Part shown: piece after piece, positions 39,101 to 52,880 of the stretch
How positions within the stretch are numbered: the stretch's first letter is position 1
Layout: every line of letters starts with the position of its first letter
Assembly: GCF_018977255.1 (NCBI RefSeq)
Contig: NW_024704742.1
Location: forward strand, 90,646,001-90,706,000
Direction: 5' to 3'
Length of the DNA stretch: 60,000 nt
Source of the DNA: Callorhinchus milii
Taxonomy: Eukaryota
Notes under the pieces: generated by a model
Seen by the model: only the letters and a program-made list of their open reading frames with translations
Databases searched by the model: none
Told to the model about the DNA's origin: nothing
Made by a program: the position numbers and the translations under genes

Positions 39101-40518
39101 CGGTTTGCACATAGCAAAGTCCCACAAACATCTGTGAAGTGAATGACCAACTTTATTTGGAATGGAATATTACAGCATAGTTATAGAGCGAGAGGCGAAA
39201 GAGGAAAGTCACTGGTAATGTCTTTACATTTTTGTTTGTACAAATAACCTGATGTGCTAAGTTTCACTTAATTATGTCATAGCTAATTTACCCACATGTT
39301 CAGTTAGCTCAGTTTGTATCATCCTTGCCTCTAACTCAGAAGGATGACGGTTCAAGCTCCACATCGGAACTTAGAATTTACACTCTATAGCTGTTTGAGT
39401 GGCAGTGTTGAACTCTGAATGATTGCCGTATACTCTCACAAAATACAATCAACCCACTTGATATTCTGTGAAGTGCCTCGAGGGATTCTCCTGACTGGAA
39501 AGGTGTATAATAATATTTTTCGTATTTGGTATAGCGCCTTTCACATCAGGAGGACATCCCAAAGTGCTTCACAGCATTTACTGCGAGTGGAGTGACTGTG
39601 TATTTGTGGGTAAATGGAGGGATTATCATGATCATCATGTGATACTAATTAAGAATGTCACTCCCTCATGCAAAGTGCACAGCAATACAGTTAGGAATTT
39701 TCTTCAGGCACGGCAGTTGTGTGATGCCAAGGCAGAGCTGGCAGACATCCATATTATATTTTCAACATTCGCCCACAAAGCACATAGTCTATCCTGTGAA
39801 GCGCTTGGGGCATCCTCCCGACATAAAATGCAGCCAACCAAATGCAAGGAATATTATTATCATTATTATTCTGAGGTTTTCACATGAGCATTGGATGCAA
39901 AAGTAGACACACGGTCCATTGCCACTGATGACATCCCTACCAGCCATCATTTTCAGGAGCGAAAGATAGTAAAGGGAAGAAAATAAGAAAACAAAAGCAC
40001 AATAAGAGGGGTTTACTACGTGAAAACTAAACATCTTTATGTAATAAACAATTTGCAAAAGATATTTAATTGTCGAGTTCAAGGTAGCTACCAGATATTT
40101 GCACACTAAAAACTAAAAACCAGATGTTTGCACACTGATCTCCCAAAGCTAAATTTATAACCTGTATAAAACTATGACAATAATGTTCAGCTCATGAAAC
40201 ACAAGCTAAAGTACCACTGATCTGGCATACATCCTCCTTTGCAGGTAAGTTGTGAGGACATGCAGAATCTTCATTATTTCTCATTCTTTGCTCTTTACTC
40301 GTGCATATTTAACAATTTGACGTCCAACCTTGCTCTGATTGGCGGACTAGGTTGGCAGTCAGTGTCAGGGGGCAAGATGAGGCTTAATGATTGGCATTCT
40401 GGGCTGCCAGTCAGGAAGCTCACATGCAGTTCCTGATACATACCATCCACCTAGTGCAGGATTCAAACTCAAACAAAGCTTAACCAAAACAAAATGTATT
40501 TGGGTACAAAATACAATG

Positions 40519-40838
40519 GAGTCCTGTAGCTCAGTGGTTAGAGCACTCACTTTGCAAGTGAGAGACCTGAGTTCAATTCCAGGCAGAGGGCGAAACCTTG
40601 GGCAAGTTTCCTTGCTCCACACAGAGCCTAATAATAATCCCTCAAAAACCAAAAACAATAATAAATTGGTCATTTTCAATCTACGACTGTTTGTGGGACA
40701 TTGCTGTGCACAATTGGCTCCCGTGTTCGCCCACAAATATACAGTCAATTCACTTTACAGTATATTCTGTGAAGCGCTTTGGGACGTCCTCCCGACATGA
40801 AAAGCGCTATATCAAATGCAAGGATTATTATTATTATT
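40519..40838 (+). mobile_element. Full-length young tRNA-headed SINE with partial Deu-like core and L2-type tail
   Basis: A box TAGCTCAGTGG, B box GAGTTCAATTCC, TGC anticodon-like loop, core TTTGTGGGACATTGCTGTGCACAATTGGCT, (ATT)n tail. Confidence 0.92.
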
Positions 40839-40951
40839 AAAATGGGATGAAGGGCAACTTAGAAATACAAATCAAAAGAAATAGCATGGATCTTCTACTA
40901 CAGCGCTGAACTTACTGCCCATGAGAGAATGGCTTTTTATGACAACACGTT

Positions 40952-41215
40952 CAACAACAACTTGCATTTATATAGCTCCCCTCATGTAGAGTAGCATCTC
41001 AAGCACGCCTGACAGTGGAGGAGCACAACGCTGAGCTAGGGGGATGGGGAGGTCTTCAGGTGCGACCTGAAGATGAGGAAGGAAGGGGCAAAGCAGAGGG
41101 ATAGAGGAAGACTGTTCCAGAGTTTCGGAGTGTGAAAGCATAGCCACCGATGTTGGAATGGAGGATACGAGGGACATTCAGAAGGCCGGAGCCAATCAAG
41201 TGGAGGCAGAGGGGA
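40952..41215 (-). mobile_element. Old L2-type 3' UTR fragment
   Basis: CAACAACAACTTGCATTTATATAGC tail then purine-rich L2-like segment (GTTCCAGAG). Similar relics at ~11000-11350, 24230-24375, 47500-47760, 50770-51130 and 52905-53045. Confidence 0.55.
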
Positions 41216-42109
41216 TTGAAAAGGTTTGAAAAGTCTTATTTGTCAAGCTCCTTTTATGTAATCCTTAACTAATTTGTTGATCTCTCAGGATGTCACTGGG
41301 CTAGAAAGTGAAAGACCGAAATAGATATTGCATAAACCCAAACAGAACTGGGCTTAGGCTGAACATCCAACTGATGTCATATTGATGATGTATGACCTAA
41401 GGCCTCTTTACATATCAAGCAACAACAAATTGTTATTGAGTCAAATATGGCAACCCAGTCCACAAACACATGACTGCTAAAAGTTGTTGGGATTGTGCCA
41501 TTACTTGGGAACATTAAATGCATATTTGTGATTTTTTTTCTCAATTTTGAGTCCAACATCCTTAATGACCTGCCAGCTCATTTACAGCAGATATGCAGAG
41601 ACACGGCTTCTGCTTCCTTTCTGTGCTTGCTTTGGTATCCTAATCAATGTTTTTTCAGACAACTTACTTTTGGCACTGCGCAGAGACTGGCTGATGAAAA
41701 TAATATTCCGGGTTTTAAATGGCCTAAAATTTAACAATAAATCACTCTACATGAATATGCACTCTACATGTACCAATATGCACATGAAATGGTCATATCT
41801 GTTTTTTACTAATTGTTGTAAAAAGTTTTAATTCACCTCGTTCCAGCCAGGGTAAGAGAGGGGGGCAGAAGAAAGCTACTGTATAATGATAAAATTGGGT
41901 AACAGACTGAAGAGTGATTCAAGCATTTTGGTGTCTAACAATAAATCCATTTTAACTATTTAGCCAGTCAGTGCATTTCTGAATTCAGAGTCGAAGCCAA
42001 TAAGTGGGTCTTAGACAAGAGATCAAGGACACTGGCTCACTTAGTATTTGGGAAAGCAATCCAGCAGAGAAAACATCTTCTTTCCCATTCATCTGACATT
42101 AAAAAAATA

Positions 42110-42527
42110 AAAATAATCCTTCCCTTTGATATAGTGCCTTTCACGCCAAAGCACTTCACGGGATTTACTGTAGTGACTGCATATTTTGTAAGCAAACATG
42201 GCAACCAATTTGCACAGCAATGTCCCACAAACAGCTACGAAATGAATGACCAATTTTATTTAGGAGAAAGTGACTGTTGGCTAGGTCATTGGGAGAAATT
42301 TCCTTTTTTTTAAACAATGCACGCGATCTTTAACATGCATCTGAACAGGCAGACAAAATTCATTTTAACATTTCATTCGAAGGATGGCACATATCACAGT
42401 GCAGCACACCCTAAGATTGCATTGGTGTATCAGCCGAGACGATATGAGTTCAAAGTCCCAATACAGGGTTTGAACCCACAACCTTCCAACTCAGAAGCAA
42501 GAGTCCTACCAACTGAACCAGGCTGAC
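42110..42527 (-). mobile_element. Older Deu-domain SINE (SacSINE1-like)
   Basis: Head CAGTTGGTAG.ACTCTTGC.TCTGAG...AAGGTTGTGGGTTCAA, central GTCTGCCTGTTCAG.TG..TGTTAAAGATC, Deu core and tail. Confidence 0.75.
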
Positions 42528-44392
42528 ACCTAATGGTCCATCCTATTAAATGGCACCTCACTTAGCATCACAGATCATCTTTCCCACAATGTCTCTGGCT
42601 GCTATTTCAACCACCACTTCAATAGCATTTTGTGTAGCACATATCTGCAGCCAGTTCAGTTAGTTCTACGAAGCAATGCCTAAACTTGAAGTTACTCAAT
42701 ACCTCATCCACCTCCAATTGCTTCATAAGCCTTCAATTTCCAACACTGACCTAGTGACAAAATGCTTCCCAAAAAGAACAAGCTGGAAGGAGAAAGACAC
42801 TATCAATTTTAAGGTTGAAGATCAAGTTCAGCTTGGTCCAAATTATGTGTGATATTCACTTTGTGGCTATTTGTTCGCCACTATTGTGTGTAAATTGGCT
42901 GCCATTTTCATCTACAAAGTACACCATCACTACACTTTACAGTAAATCCCGAAAAGTGCAGAGATTTCTGAATGGCGTGATAAGGTTTATCAAATGCAAA
43001 GATCATTCAAATCATACTTTAAATATGTATGTAGTTTTACAGCTGCTTTTCTTTAAAAGTTTACCAAATATTAGCCTGTTCAGACAGCTCTACCCCCCAT
43101 TGTTAAAGCTAGAGTCTAAGAGAACACCACAACATGATATCATCATCAAGCTATTCTCACTATTCTCATTCCAAGTGTTGAGGTTTTCCGACATTTAATT
43201 AGATCACAATGTTAAAATATTGTCAAACTGAAAAGAACATTTGAAATATAATTTTAACAGTTCAAAGTTCAGTACTTAGCTCTTCCTACCCAGAAAAAAA
43301 GAAAAATGCATGCTCCTAAACACGCATTCGAAGCTCTTCAAAAAATTTCAGGTGGTAGACAATGGGCTTGAAATGAGGAGATCACCGTGACCCGAGCAAA
43401 GCCAGGTCAATTATAAGATGACAGGAAACGGAAAGTCTTTTGGAAAAGACAGCAATCAGTACTGTTCTTCCACTCAGGTCAAACTCACTCGTATTACAAT
43501 TTATAGCAATTTAAAATTTACAATCCTAATAGTCTTTGGAACAATCCGTAAATATTTTCAATAGGGTAAAAAAAATTGTAGAGTACAGTATCATAAAAAA
43601 AGAGAAATTCCACTAAAAAATACTATTTGGCTTGTGTGTGTGGGGGGTGGGGGGTGGGGGGGTATGCTTCAAGTAAGAAATATACAGATATATAGTAATA
43701 GTGCTTCAAGAAAGACATATGTCATGTTGGCTTATGTTAAATTAATCCTTTCCAGCACAGCATTTCCCCAAAATACAGTTCCAAAAAGTCAGACTGGAAG
43801 CCATTTACAGCGCAATTGAATAACCACTAAACTGACTCACAGGTTCAAAAGGGACAAGCAAACTTTATTGGAACTGACCCCAGACACCACTCGGAGATCG
43901 GGATATTTACTGGCATGCTGACTTGCACATTATTCATATTCTCAGACAATATAGTCACAGAAGCATTTTTGGACACTTTAGACACTGTTTACTGAGCATT
44001 TTAAATACTTTGTAGGCTGTCAAATAAGGGAAGGTTTAAAGATTTAGCTCTGGCACAGTTTGATATTCATTAAGATTTACAAACTATATTCTTGAGTTAG
44101 AAATATTTCAGTTAGAAAGTTTTATGTAGAGAAAAAAAAACAAATGTTACTCAACACAACTACTATGACAAAACCATTAAGCATAGTGACAGGACAAAAT
44201 AACTGGACTGCAATTATATATAGGAACAGGATTATGCCATTCAGCCCCTCGGGCCTGTTCCACCATTCTATAAGATCAAGGTTGATCTGTACCTCAACTC
44301 CAATTACCATCACCAAATAAAACAGAATAGTTAATCTCCCAGAATTTACCATTATATGATCTAACTCTTATTTCACCTAACAGTTTAAAAAG

Positions 44393-44755
44393 AATAATAA
44401 TCCTTGCATTTGATATAGCGCCTTATCACGTCTTCAAAACATCTCAAACCGCTTCACAGAATATACTGTAAAGTAAACTGACTGTACATTTTGTGGGCGA
44501 AACGTGACAGCCAATTGCGCACAGCAGTGTCCAACAAACAGTCATGGATCAAGTGACCTCATTATTTTTTAGAGTGATTATTACCCACGGAAAAGCAATC
44601 CGCCAATCAATTAACAACCAGGTTCCTACTTACTACGGGGTAAACAGAGGCATGTTGAGTAAGGAAACTTGCCTAAGGTTTCGTCCTGCCCAGGAATCGA
44701 ACCCAGGTCCCTTCACTTGTGAGGCAATGGATCTAACCACTAAGCTAAAGGACTC
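44393..44755 (-). mobile_element. Full-length SINE, second subfamily
   Basis: Head GAGTCC..TAGCTTAGTGGTTAGA...GGTTCGATTCC, centre and tail as in the 15577 copy. Confidence 0.88.
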
Positions 44756-44814
44756 TGACAAAAGAGATGTTAAAGAGCATTTTAACTCCTGCCAAAAAAA
44801 ACTATCACAAAATC

Positions 44815-45225
44815 TTAGAAACATAGAATTATACAGCACAAAAGGAGGCCTTTCGTCCCATCGTGTCTGTGCCCGCTCTTTTAAAAGAGCTATTCCAAAT
44901 TAATCCCATTCTCCTGCTCTCTCCCCATAGCCCTGCAAACTTGTTCTCCTCAAATAATTTTGAAAACTTCTACTAAGTTTCCTCTTAACCTTCTCTGCTC
45001 CAAGGATAATAATCCTAGCTTCTCTAGCCTCTCCATGTCATTTAAACTCGCTTTTAAGGCTTATTTTACACATGGTACAATAAAGAAGGATTCCTAAGAA
45101 GGAGTAATTTGCATGGATATGAGGAAAAGGCAAGTAAATTGGAATTAATGGATTGCTTTTTCAAAGATCCAGCCAAGACAATTGGCCAAAGATCTTTTTC
45201 TGTACTGTAAATTTCTATGGTTCAA
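44815..45225. mobile_element. Two CR1 3'-end fragments in opposite orientation (minus ~44815-45040, plus ~45070-45225)
   Basis: ATAGAATTATACAGCACAAAAGGAGGCCTTTCGTCCCATCGTGTCTGTGC matches the CR1 tail at 17466. The plus fragment ends TTCTGTACTGTAAATTTCTATG. Another CR1-type tail lies at ~44220-44305. Confidence 0.7.
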
Positions 45226-46293
45226 AAGCAATACGGGCAAAATAATATATTAAATGCAACTGTTACCATTGGGCAGAGTATACTGGAAACAGAATTATCT
45301 CATTCACAATTTTACATTGCATTCCTACATTAGGCTGGTGCATAAAACCTGTGAATTTAATCCCTTAAACTGGGGTTCTAACAATGATTAAGGTTCTCCA
45401 GAACAGAACACTGGAAGTGCCGGTTGAGATCACGTGAATCCAGGTCCTGAGTCGGGGCTTGAACCCATAACCTTCTGACTCAGATGCTACCAATGAGCCA
45501 GGCTGACACACAGCATGAAAAAACGAGATCCTCATACAGTACGAATATTGATTGTGATCAAAAACCACAGTACAACATGGACCATGATTTAGTACTGTAT
45601 GAGGCACTCATTTTTTTCTGGTACTTTATTGTTTGTGCTCAATTATAAAGAGCTCTTACAACTAAACATGAAGAGGCAAATGCTGATACCCCATTCTATC
45701 AGATTCTCCCAGGAGGGGCCTTCAATCAAGCCTGACTGACTGTTGAGTGTTGACCACCAAACTGTAAATGTTACCGAGCTAAATATTTATGATCACTGAA
45801 GTGGAAGTCAGACCAAACACTGTATAAACAAGGTTGTTCACAATTTAGCATTGCTCCTGACAATTCCATCAAGTAGCAATTTAATTTCAAGCATTGTGTT
45901 AACCTGAAACATATCAACAAAATACAATAGACTTTCTCTTAGCTCTTTGCTTTATAAGGCTCTCTCTGGATGCCGTATGAAAACATGGTAATTCTAAGAC
46001 AGCAGAAGTAATGCATTGAGAGATAGCTGAGTTACTTTTTATTTGATTAAATAAGCTAAATTAATATCAGCAGATCAAACCGAACTGATTGTAGCAGTGT
46101 AACAGAATATTTTGAAAGCTCAAAACATCTTGGTTAGCCAGAAACTGACAAACATGCAAGAAAGAAAAAACTACAGTTTTGGTTTGGTTTCCAAAATTTT
46201 ACATAAATAATTCTACCTTGATTTATTTTAAACTATATTGATCCCTCCACTACCTTTTGCAAAATTCTTAAGAGAAAACTAAGATTCACTCAC

Positions 46294-46382
46294 CTTTCTA
46301 TAACCAAACTGATTGCATGGGTAAGATCTGGGTTTGCTACTTGCAGGTGCTTCCACAATGACCAAACAAATTCTTTATCAGC
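46294..46382 (-). CDS. CNTLN: Centlein coding exon, 89 bp (ADKEFVWSLWKHLQVANPDLTHAISLVIER)
   Basis: ttgtgcag| acceptor and |gtgagt donor. The peptide is the distinctive centlein motif ADKEFVWSLWK.LQV.NPDLT. Confidence 0.95.
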
Positions 46383-48134
46383 CTGCACAAAATACAAAAA
46401 TACAAGATAAGCAAATAAAACAGTATCACATAAAAACACTTCTCAAAGCGCTTCACAGGATATACTATAAAGTGGATTGACTTTGTATTTTGTGGGAGTC
46501 ATTTAAGCAGTTAGCTGTTTTTTATTGAAGTTCTGTATTGATTAGACATTACCTTGATTACACTAAAATGTAACTGGCTCTGGTATGCTTTGCACAAAAC
46601 ATTGCACAATTTTGGAAGCAAGATTGAAGGATCATTGCATGCGGAAAAATAGGGCAAAAATTAGTTCACAATTACAAAACAAAAGAAACATTTGTTTTTG
46701 GGTGTGGAAAGAACAATCTTTTCAGTTGGCATAATGACATGAAAAGGTACAAGATTAACGATCCAAGGGCGAAGATTCATGAATCACATGGAATTTAGAA
46801 ATCTGGGTTAATCCCGCATGATATTTTTTTCAGGAAGGTGACACAACAATAGCCAAATTTCTTCCTTCAAAACAGTGCATTATTTCACAATAAAAAAACT
46901 AAGATCACTCAGATCAAAAAAGCTATAGGTTTCCACATGAAAAACAGATAGACATAATGGTGTCTAATTATTTTTTTTAAAAAAAGTATTTTATTCGACA
47001 GCTCCAGCTGGTTTTAAAGAAATGCACTTGGCTTTACCATGAAAACTGCCAACTTCTTTCTTTTCATAAATAATGGTGCGCTGTATTCAAACAAGGAAGG
47101 CTGCAGATACGAAGGGAGGATCCCACTCAGAGTGTGCGTGGGATTCCAGCTGCGGTCTGCCTGCTGCTGAACAGGATAAAAAGCTCAGTTGTGTTTAAAT
47201 TAGGAATGTCGGCTTGGGTCAGCAGGCAGCAATGCAATCCCAATAGCAATGTTATCAAGCAAATGTATGATAACATGTCATATTGAAACTATTATCACAT
47301 TGTTTGGGAGAATGCTCTTCTGAAAATCCAGCAGAGACTAAAGGGGCATTCTCTACTAATTCATGGTGAAAACGAGCAATAAATTTATAAACTACATCTA
47401 AAAGGCATCAGAAATGTATGAAATGCACAACTAAAAGGAGACTTCAAAAATAACTTTATATTACATAACTTATATAACATGTTACATATGTGTTTATGTA
47501 ACAACCGCAACATAAACATCTCAGAGCACTTTACAGAGTCAGTGTCGGGTACGCAGTCTGTCTATGTGTGCAGTCGGGGGAGAAGGTATCGTCCAAGAAT
47601 TTGTTTTTTAGATTGCTTTTGAAGGTCGACAGATATTGAGGGCGGGGGGGGGGGGGGGGGGGGGAGGAGAGGAGACAGAAAGTTTGAGATAGAGAGGGAG
47701 AGAGTATCAAAGGTTAGTGGTACAGTGGCTTAAGGCTTGGCTGCCAATGGTGGTGGAGGTTCCAATAATATTAAACATCATGACTTACTAATAAAGAACT
47801 TGCATACAAGTCTCATGTCAGAATAAGACTAAATCAGAGAAAGCACATTTTCACTGAGAGCAGAAAATGAAAACAACAAGCAGTAACATGACAATATTCA
47901 GAGTACCATTGATATTCAGAGTACCACATGCAGGCATTGACTTTTTTTCCATAGCACTTTACCCAATCATAAGCTGGCTCCAGACATCCAACCAAAATGC
48001 ATCATTGCTGGATTTGGAGTAGAAAGCGGAGTTACAAGTTCGAACCTGAAGAATGTGGGGAGGACACAAACCTGAGATTAAAACTTATAGCTGTCAACCA
48101 CTTACACGGCAGCTCCACAGAGCTGTGCCTGAAG

Positions 48135-49445
48135 AAACAAAAACTTGCACTTATATAGCGCCCTCCACGCAGGGTAGCGTCTTCCGAGTGCTTAACCGTG
48201 GCAGAGACTGACTCCGAGCTGGGGGGAAGAAGGGTGGTGGCTGTAAGCACGGTCGAAGAGGAAAGTTTCCAGGCGGGACCTGAGAGAGGGGGCAAGGTGG
48301 AGGGATTGAGGGAGAGTGTTCCAGAGTTTTGGGGCGCAGTGGCTGAAAGCGTGACCTCCAATGGTGGGGGCGGAGGGTGCGAGGGATGAGCAGGAGGCCG
48401 GTGCCAGTTGAGTGGAGGCACCAGGTGGTGGATTGGGGAGTGAGGAGGTCGGAAAGGTAGGGAGGTGCCAGGGAGTGAATGGATTTGAACACGAGAGTGA
48501 GATTCTTGAAGTCAATCCGTTCAGTGATGTGGAGCCAGTGGAGCCTGGCCAGAACTGGTGAGATGTGGCTACCAAGTTTTGTCCAGGTCAGCAGATGGCA
48601 GAGTTTTGAATGAGCTGGATCTTTTGAATGGTGGAGACGGGGAGACCGGTGAGGAGTGTGTTGAAGTAATCCAGGCGGGAGGTGACAAACGCATGTATGA
48701 GGGATTTGGCTGCATTTGGGGTAAGGTGCAATCGGAGGCGGGCAATGTGGCGGAGATGGAAGGAGGCGGTCCCAGTCAAAGACTGGATGTGGAGGAGGAA
48801 GGACAGTTGTGGGTCGAACCGGGCGCCTAGGTTGCGCACTGGTTCGGCGAGTCTGAGGAAGACCCCAGGGAGGTTGAGGAGTTTAGATCCGCAAGAGTGA
48901 AAATGTTGACGGGAGCCAAGGAGTATGGCGTCCATCCTGTCCATATTCAGCTGCAGGAAGTTTACACTCATCCAGGCCTTGATGTATGCCAGACAAGCTG
49001 ATAGAACATCGGCGGTACTGGAGGAGGCAAAGTAGATTTGCGCGTCATCCGCATATATGTGGAAATTCACCCCGTATCTGCGCATGACATCGCCCAGCGG
49101 GACCATATAGATAAGGTAAAGGGCCAAGGATGGAGCCCTGAGGTACCCCAGAGGTGACCAGGCGGGGGCGAGAGCGGTTTCACTAAGGTAGATGAGGGAG
49201 GAGAGAGCCAATGGAGGAGGATGGCGTGATCGACTGTGTTGAACACGGCAGAGATCCAGGAGGTCAAAGAAGCAGAGGGAGCCCTGGTCACAGTTAGAAA
49301 GAATGTCATTTGTGACTTTGACAAGCGCTGTCTCTGTCCTGTGGGCAGGGCGAAAACCAGACTGCAGGGCTTGAGGAGGGAGTGGTGTGACCGAAGTTGA
49401 CCTACAACAATGCGTTCCAGAAACGCCTCAAACATGCCAGAAATC
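48135..49445 (-). mobile_element. L2-clade LINE fragment, degenerate
   Basis: YADDAQIY, WMSVNFLQLN, LIHAFVTSRLDYFN, IQNSA, APPYLSDLL, RAF-type C-terminus and L2 3' tail. Confidence 0.92.
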
Positions 49446-51507
49446 TGGGTGTAAATGCTTTTTTTAAAAAAAAGTGGCAAATGCCAATCATTTTGGCTTA
49501 ACGCTATACAATATCACAAAAGCTACAGATGCTAAAGGCCTTTCTGTTCATTTGATCTTATCTTTCCAGATCCTCACCCCACCATCTAACATTGCAGCCT
49601 GGTTCAAAGAACCTAATTCGCAGCAAGTAAAAACAATAAAGCTCATTGGTTTTGATGTTGTAAACTAAATCCCAACTCTTACCAAATTTTACTTAATTAG
49701 TTAATTTTATCCCCCTCAATATTTTCCCTTTGTTTTAACATTAAAAAACTAGGTTTTCATTTTACATTTTAAAAAAATCACTTCAATGGTCCTTAAGTAA
49801 ATACTATGCAACTGAAAAAGAGCAAAGATATTCTTTGACTTCAAATAGAAAATAAAAACAAGCATGAAATATTTTGCCTTAGTGGTAGACTGGATACTGT
49901 GAAACATTAAATCATTGGATTCTACACGATTTCAATGATGTAATAGATTAACTGAAACGTTATTGATCCAATTTTCCAACAGAATGGGTATTAAATCGCA
50001 GTAAAAGTTTGTATTTGTAAAGAAACCATAATGATGAAAATTGTAGTTTTGTTTCTAACTGGAGTAAGGATTCAATGGAGGATTAATATACAATGTACAC
50101 CTCTTGATTATCAGAATCCAGTAGACATATTGAAACATGTATTACTACCAATAATAGTTAGCAATTATTGATCCTATTGGCTGTGAGAATGTGTAAGAAC
50201 ACATGATAAAATCTTGCAATCCTAGAATGAGCATCACAGCAGCAGCTCAGTAAGTCGTTTAACCAAGGATCACAATGAGCATTCCATGTGAGAGAGTGTC
50301 TCGTGTTTAAAACTTCACACATAAAACATACTGGAATACTTATTCTAACCACAAACTTCACAATCACAATGCTGTTTCGGAGCCAATATTTCTTTATTAT
50401 AAGCAGGGTGGTGCTGCATGACCGACCGACCCTGTATCACACATTTTTTTCATTGTTTTGTCAGTTTTTTCAAATGAAGCAACATCCTTCCTGGCTTCAT
50501 TTCAATCACTTTGGACTGGTTGAACAGTGACAGTAAGTTTAACCATATTCTTTGTTTTCGTACATATATTTGACTTTTGGTAAGAACAGCTCAGAATATT
50601 AAGCCTGGTTTAAAAGCAGAAATGTTGAGAAACAGAATAAGCAGATAAAAAATTATGACTTGGCCAAAGGAAAAGCCTGAACTGACTGCTGAGAAACACG
50701 TTAATATCTGGGAAGACAACAAATTAACATGTTACATCCAAGATAATCCACCATGATGCACATCAAATTCAACAAAAATAACTTGCATTTATGATACCAC
50801 TTGTCATGTAAGAACTTCTCAGAGTGCTTCTAATGGGGTTGGATACTGAGCTATGGGGGGGGGGGGGTTCTACAAATACCGGTTCTACAAATTCAGAGGA
50901 AAATCAGCCAAGGTTCCCACTCCCATTGACTGCTACAACAACAATTTGGAATTAGAACGCTTTCATACAGCATAACATCCCAAAGCTCTTGACGGAGATG
51001 GACAGGGAGCCCAAGTTGGGTGGAGTAGACAGGAGAGGTGGCCAAAAGTTCAGTCATAGTAATACATTTTTAGATAGATTTTGCAAAGAAAAGGGAGGAG
51101 GCAAGGCAAAAGGATGTCCAGAGAGCATGGATATTTAAGATCATGAAGAATTTTGGAAAACATTCAATCTGAATTTGAAAAAAAAATCCAGTTCTTTTTC
51201 TGTACTTTGGACAATCAGCTTCCAAATTAAAATTGAATTTAAGACTGTTTTCCAAAATTGCTCACAATTTTAAATGGTGACTTTTAAATGTTAAGAGTAA
51301 AAGGAATTTGCGGTCTTAGTTGAACAGGATGAAGTTTGGCTGTGATGCCCCTCTGTTTGGAGAATGCAGGCATCCCTCACGCAAGAGGAATAGGGAAATG
51401 GGGGAATAATCAGCGTGAATGAAACTGTTCTTAAGCACGAGTGAGTATTTCAGGAGAAAAGTGGAAAGGGAAGCATAAAACAACTCAAAACACAGCCACC
51501 ATGAAGG

Positions 51508-51903
51508 ATAATAATAATCATCACATTTGATTTTGCACCTGATCACATCATCATAATGTTTCAAAGTGCTTATACTATAAAGTAGTTTTGACTGTTGTGG
51601 GTAGTAACCAGTTACATACATCAACGTCCCACAAACAGCCATGGAGTGAATGATCAATTTTATTTGGGGGATTGTTAGCCAGGAGAAAACTCCCTTCTCT
51701 TTTCGAATAGTGCCAAGAGATCTTTAATTTCCACCTGAACAGGCAGACAGGACCTCAGTTTAGCATCTCATACAACGGATGCAGCAAACCCCCGGCACTG
51801 CACTGGATTGTCAGCTTATACTGAGATTCCAAGTCCCAACATGGGGCTTGAACCCACAACCTTCTGACTCAGAGGAGAGTACTACCACTAAATCAGGCTG
51901 ACA
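51508..51903 (-). mobile_element. Older Deu-domain SINE (SacSINE1-like)
   Basis: Same organisation as 42110-42527 (TCTGAGTCAGAAGGTTGTGGGTTCAAG; GTCTGCCTGTTCAGGTGG..ATTAAAGATC; GGCACTATTCGAAAAGAGAAGGGAGTT). A related head fragment lies at ~45440-45510. Confidence 0.75.
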
Positions 51904-52459
51904 CACAATTTAGGATTTAGGTTTCTTGTTGGCATGGAGATCTCAGATCAATTAAAGCATTCAGCTCGTATCTTGTATTTTACAGTAATTAGTTTTATGT
52001 CCCCATTGACATAAAACTTGCTGTATCATTCACTTCCACCTTAGCATTAGAAATCAAACAACAATAATGAGTAAATTACATTGTAAACAGTTAACAAAAT
52101 TAACAGGGTAGGATGGCAGATAGCACCATAGTGCGCCTGAATTGCAGAGCACCACATAATGGAAGGTTTGCCCAGAGTCTGTGACCTCTGCTAAACTACC
52201 ATGAGTACACATTTGCCCACAGGCAGTCATTCTGGCACCTGGTTCTTGAGAACATCAGAGTCGCATCCAGAGTAGGCTGTACTTTGTCATTTATTTTATT
52301 ATTGATTATTTCAACACCATGCTCGCCAGACTCCCCCGCCCCCAACTCTTCTATATACAAGCTACAAAACTATCAGACCACTGACTAACTATCCTCCTGC
52401 AATAACAGGAGGGAAGCAGGGTCTCCTTGGAGCTGAACTGGCTCCAAGGTGTTGTGGTT

Positions 52460-52880
52460 GGCAATGGAATGCTGGAATCAAGTCAACCTTCTGTGGTGAT
52501 CTCAGTTGTCTGGTTTCTGAGCCACGCAGCAGGTCCCACTAACCTGGCCTAACAGATATGGTGGTCCTAGCTGGACAAGCAGCAGGAAGCTTGCCAGACA
52601 GTACTTTCAATGGCAAGCTTCACAATTTTAGATGGGTAAACTCCAGCTTTATTCCAACACACTCTGGGCTCCCCAGGCTTGGTTCTTGCCAGCCTGCACC
52701 TTATCCTCTTTGGAATTATGCAAACAGGATGTGTCCCTCCAGGGAGAGAATGGGTATGCCATTCCAATATTCAGGAATTTCAATGTGTAGGTGGGATGCA
52801 TGGAATTCAGTTTGAATATTCTTCAGCATGGTGATGGATTTCTGCATGTGTCAGTCACGCAGCTGACCAAAGAAAAAAAT
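52460..52880 (+). repeat. Unclassified interspersed repeat, copy 2
   Basis: Colinear with 27680-28221; ends GCTGACCAAAGAAAAAAA. Confidence 0.75.

Noticed and set aside
40519..40590. tRNA-Ala(TGC)-like gene
   Set aside because: It lacks a proper acceptor stem and continues into a SINE body and tail; multiple diverged copies occur in the window.
47644..47926. Poly-G run and an 18-bp-period duplication ATATTCAGAGTACCA
   Set aside because: Ordinary slippage products with no sign of function.
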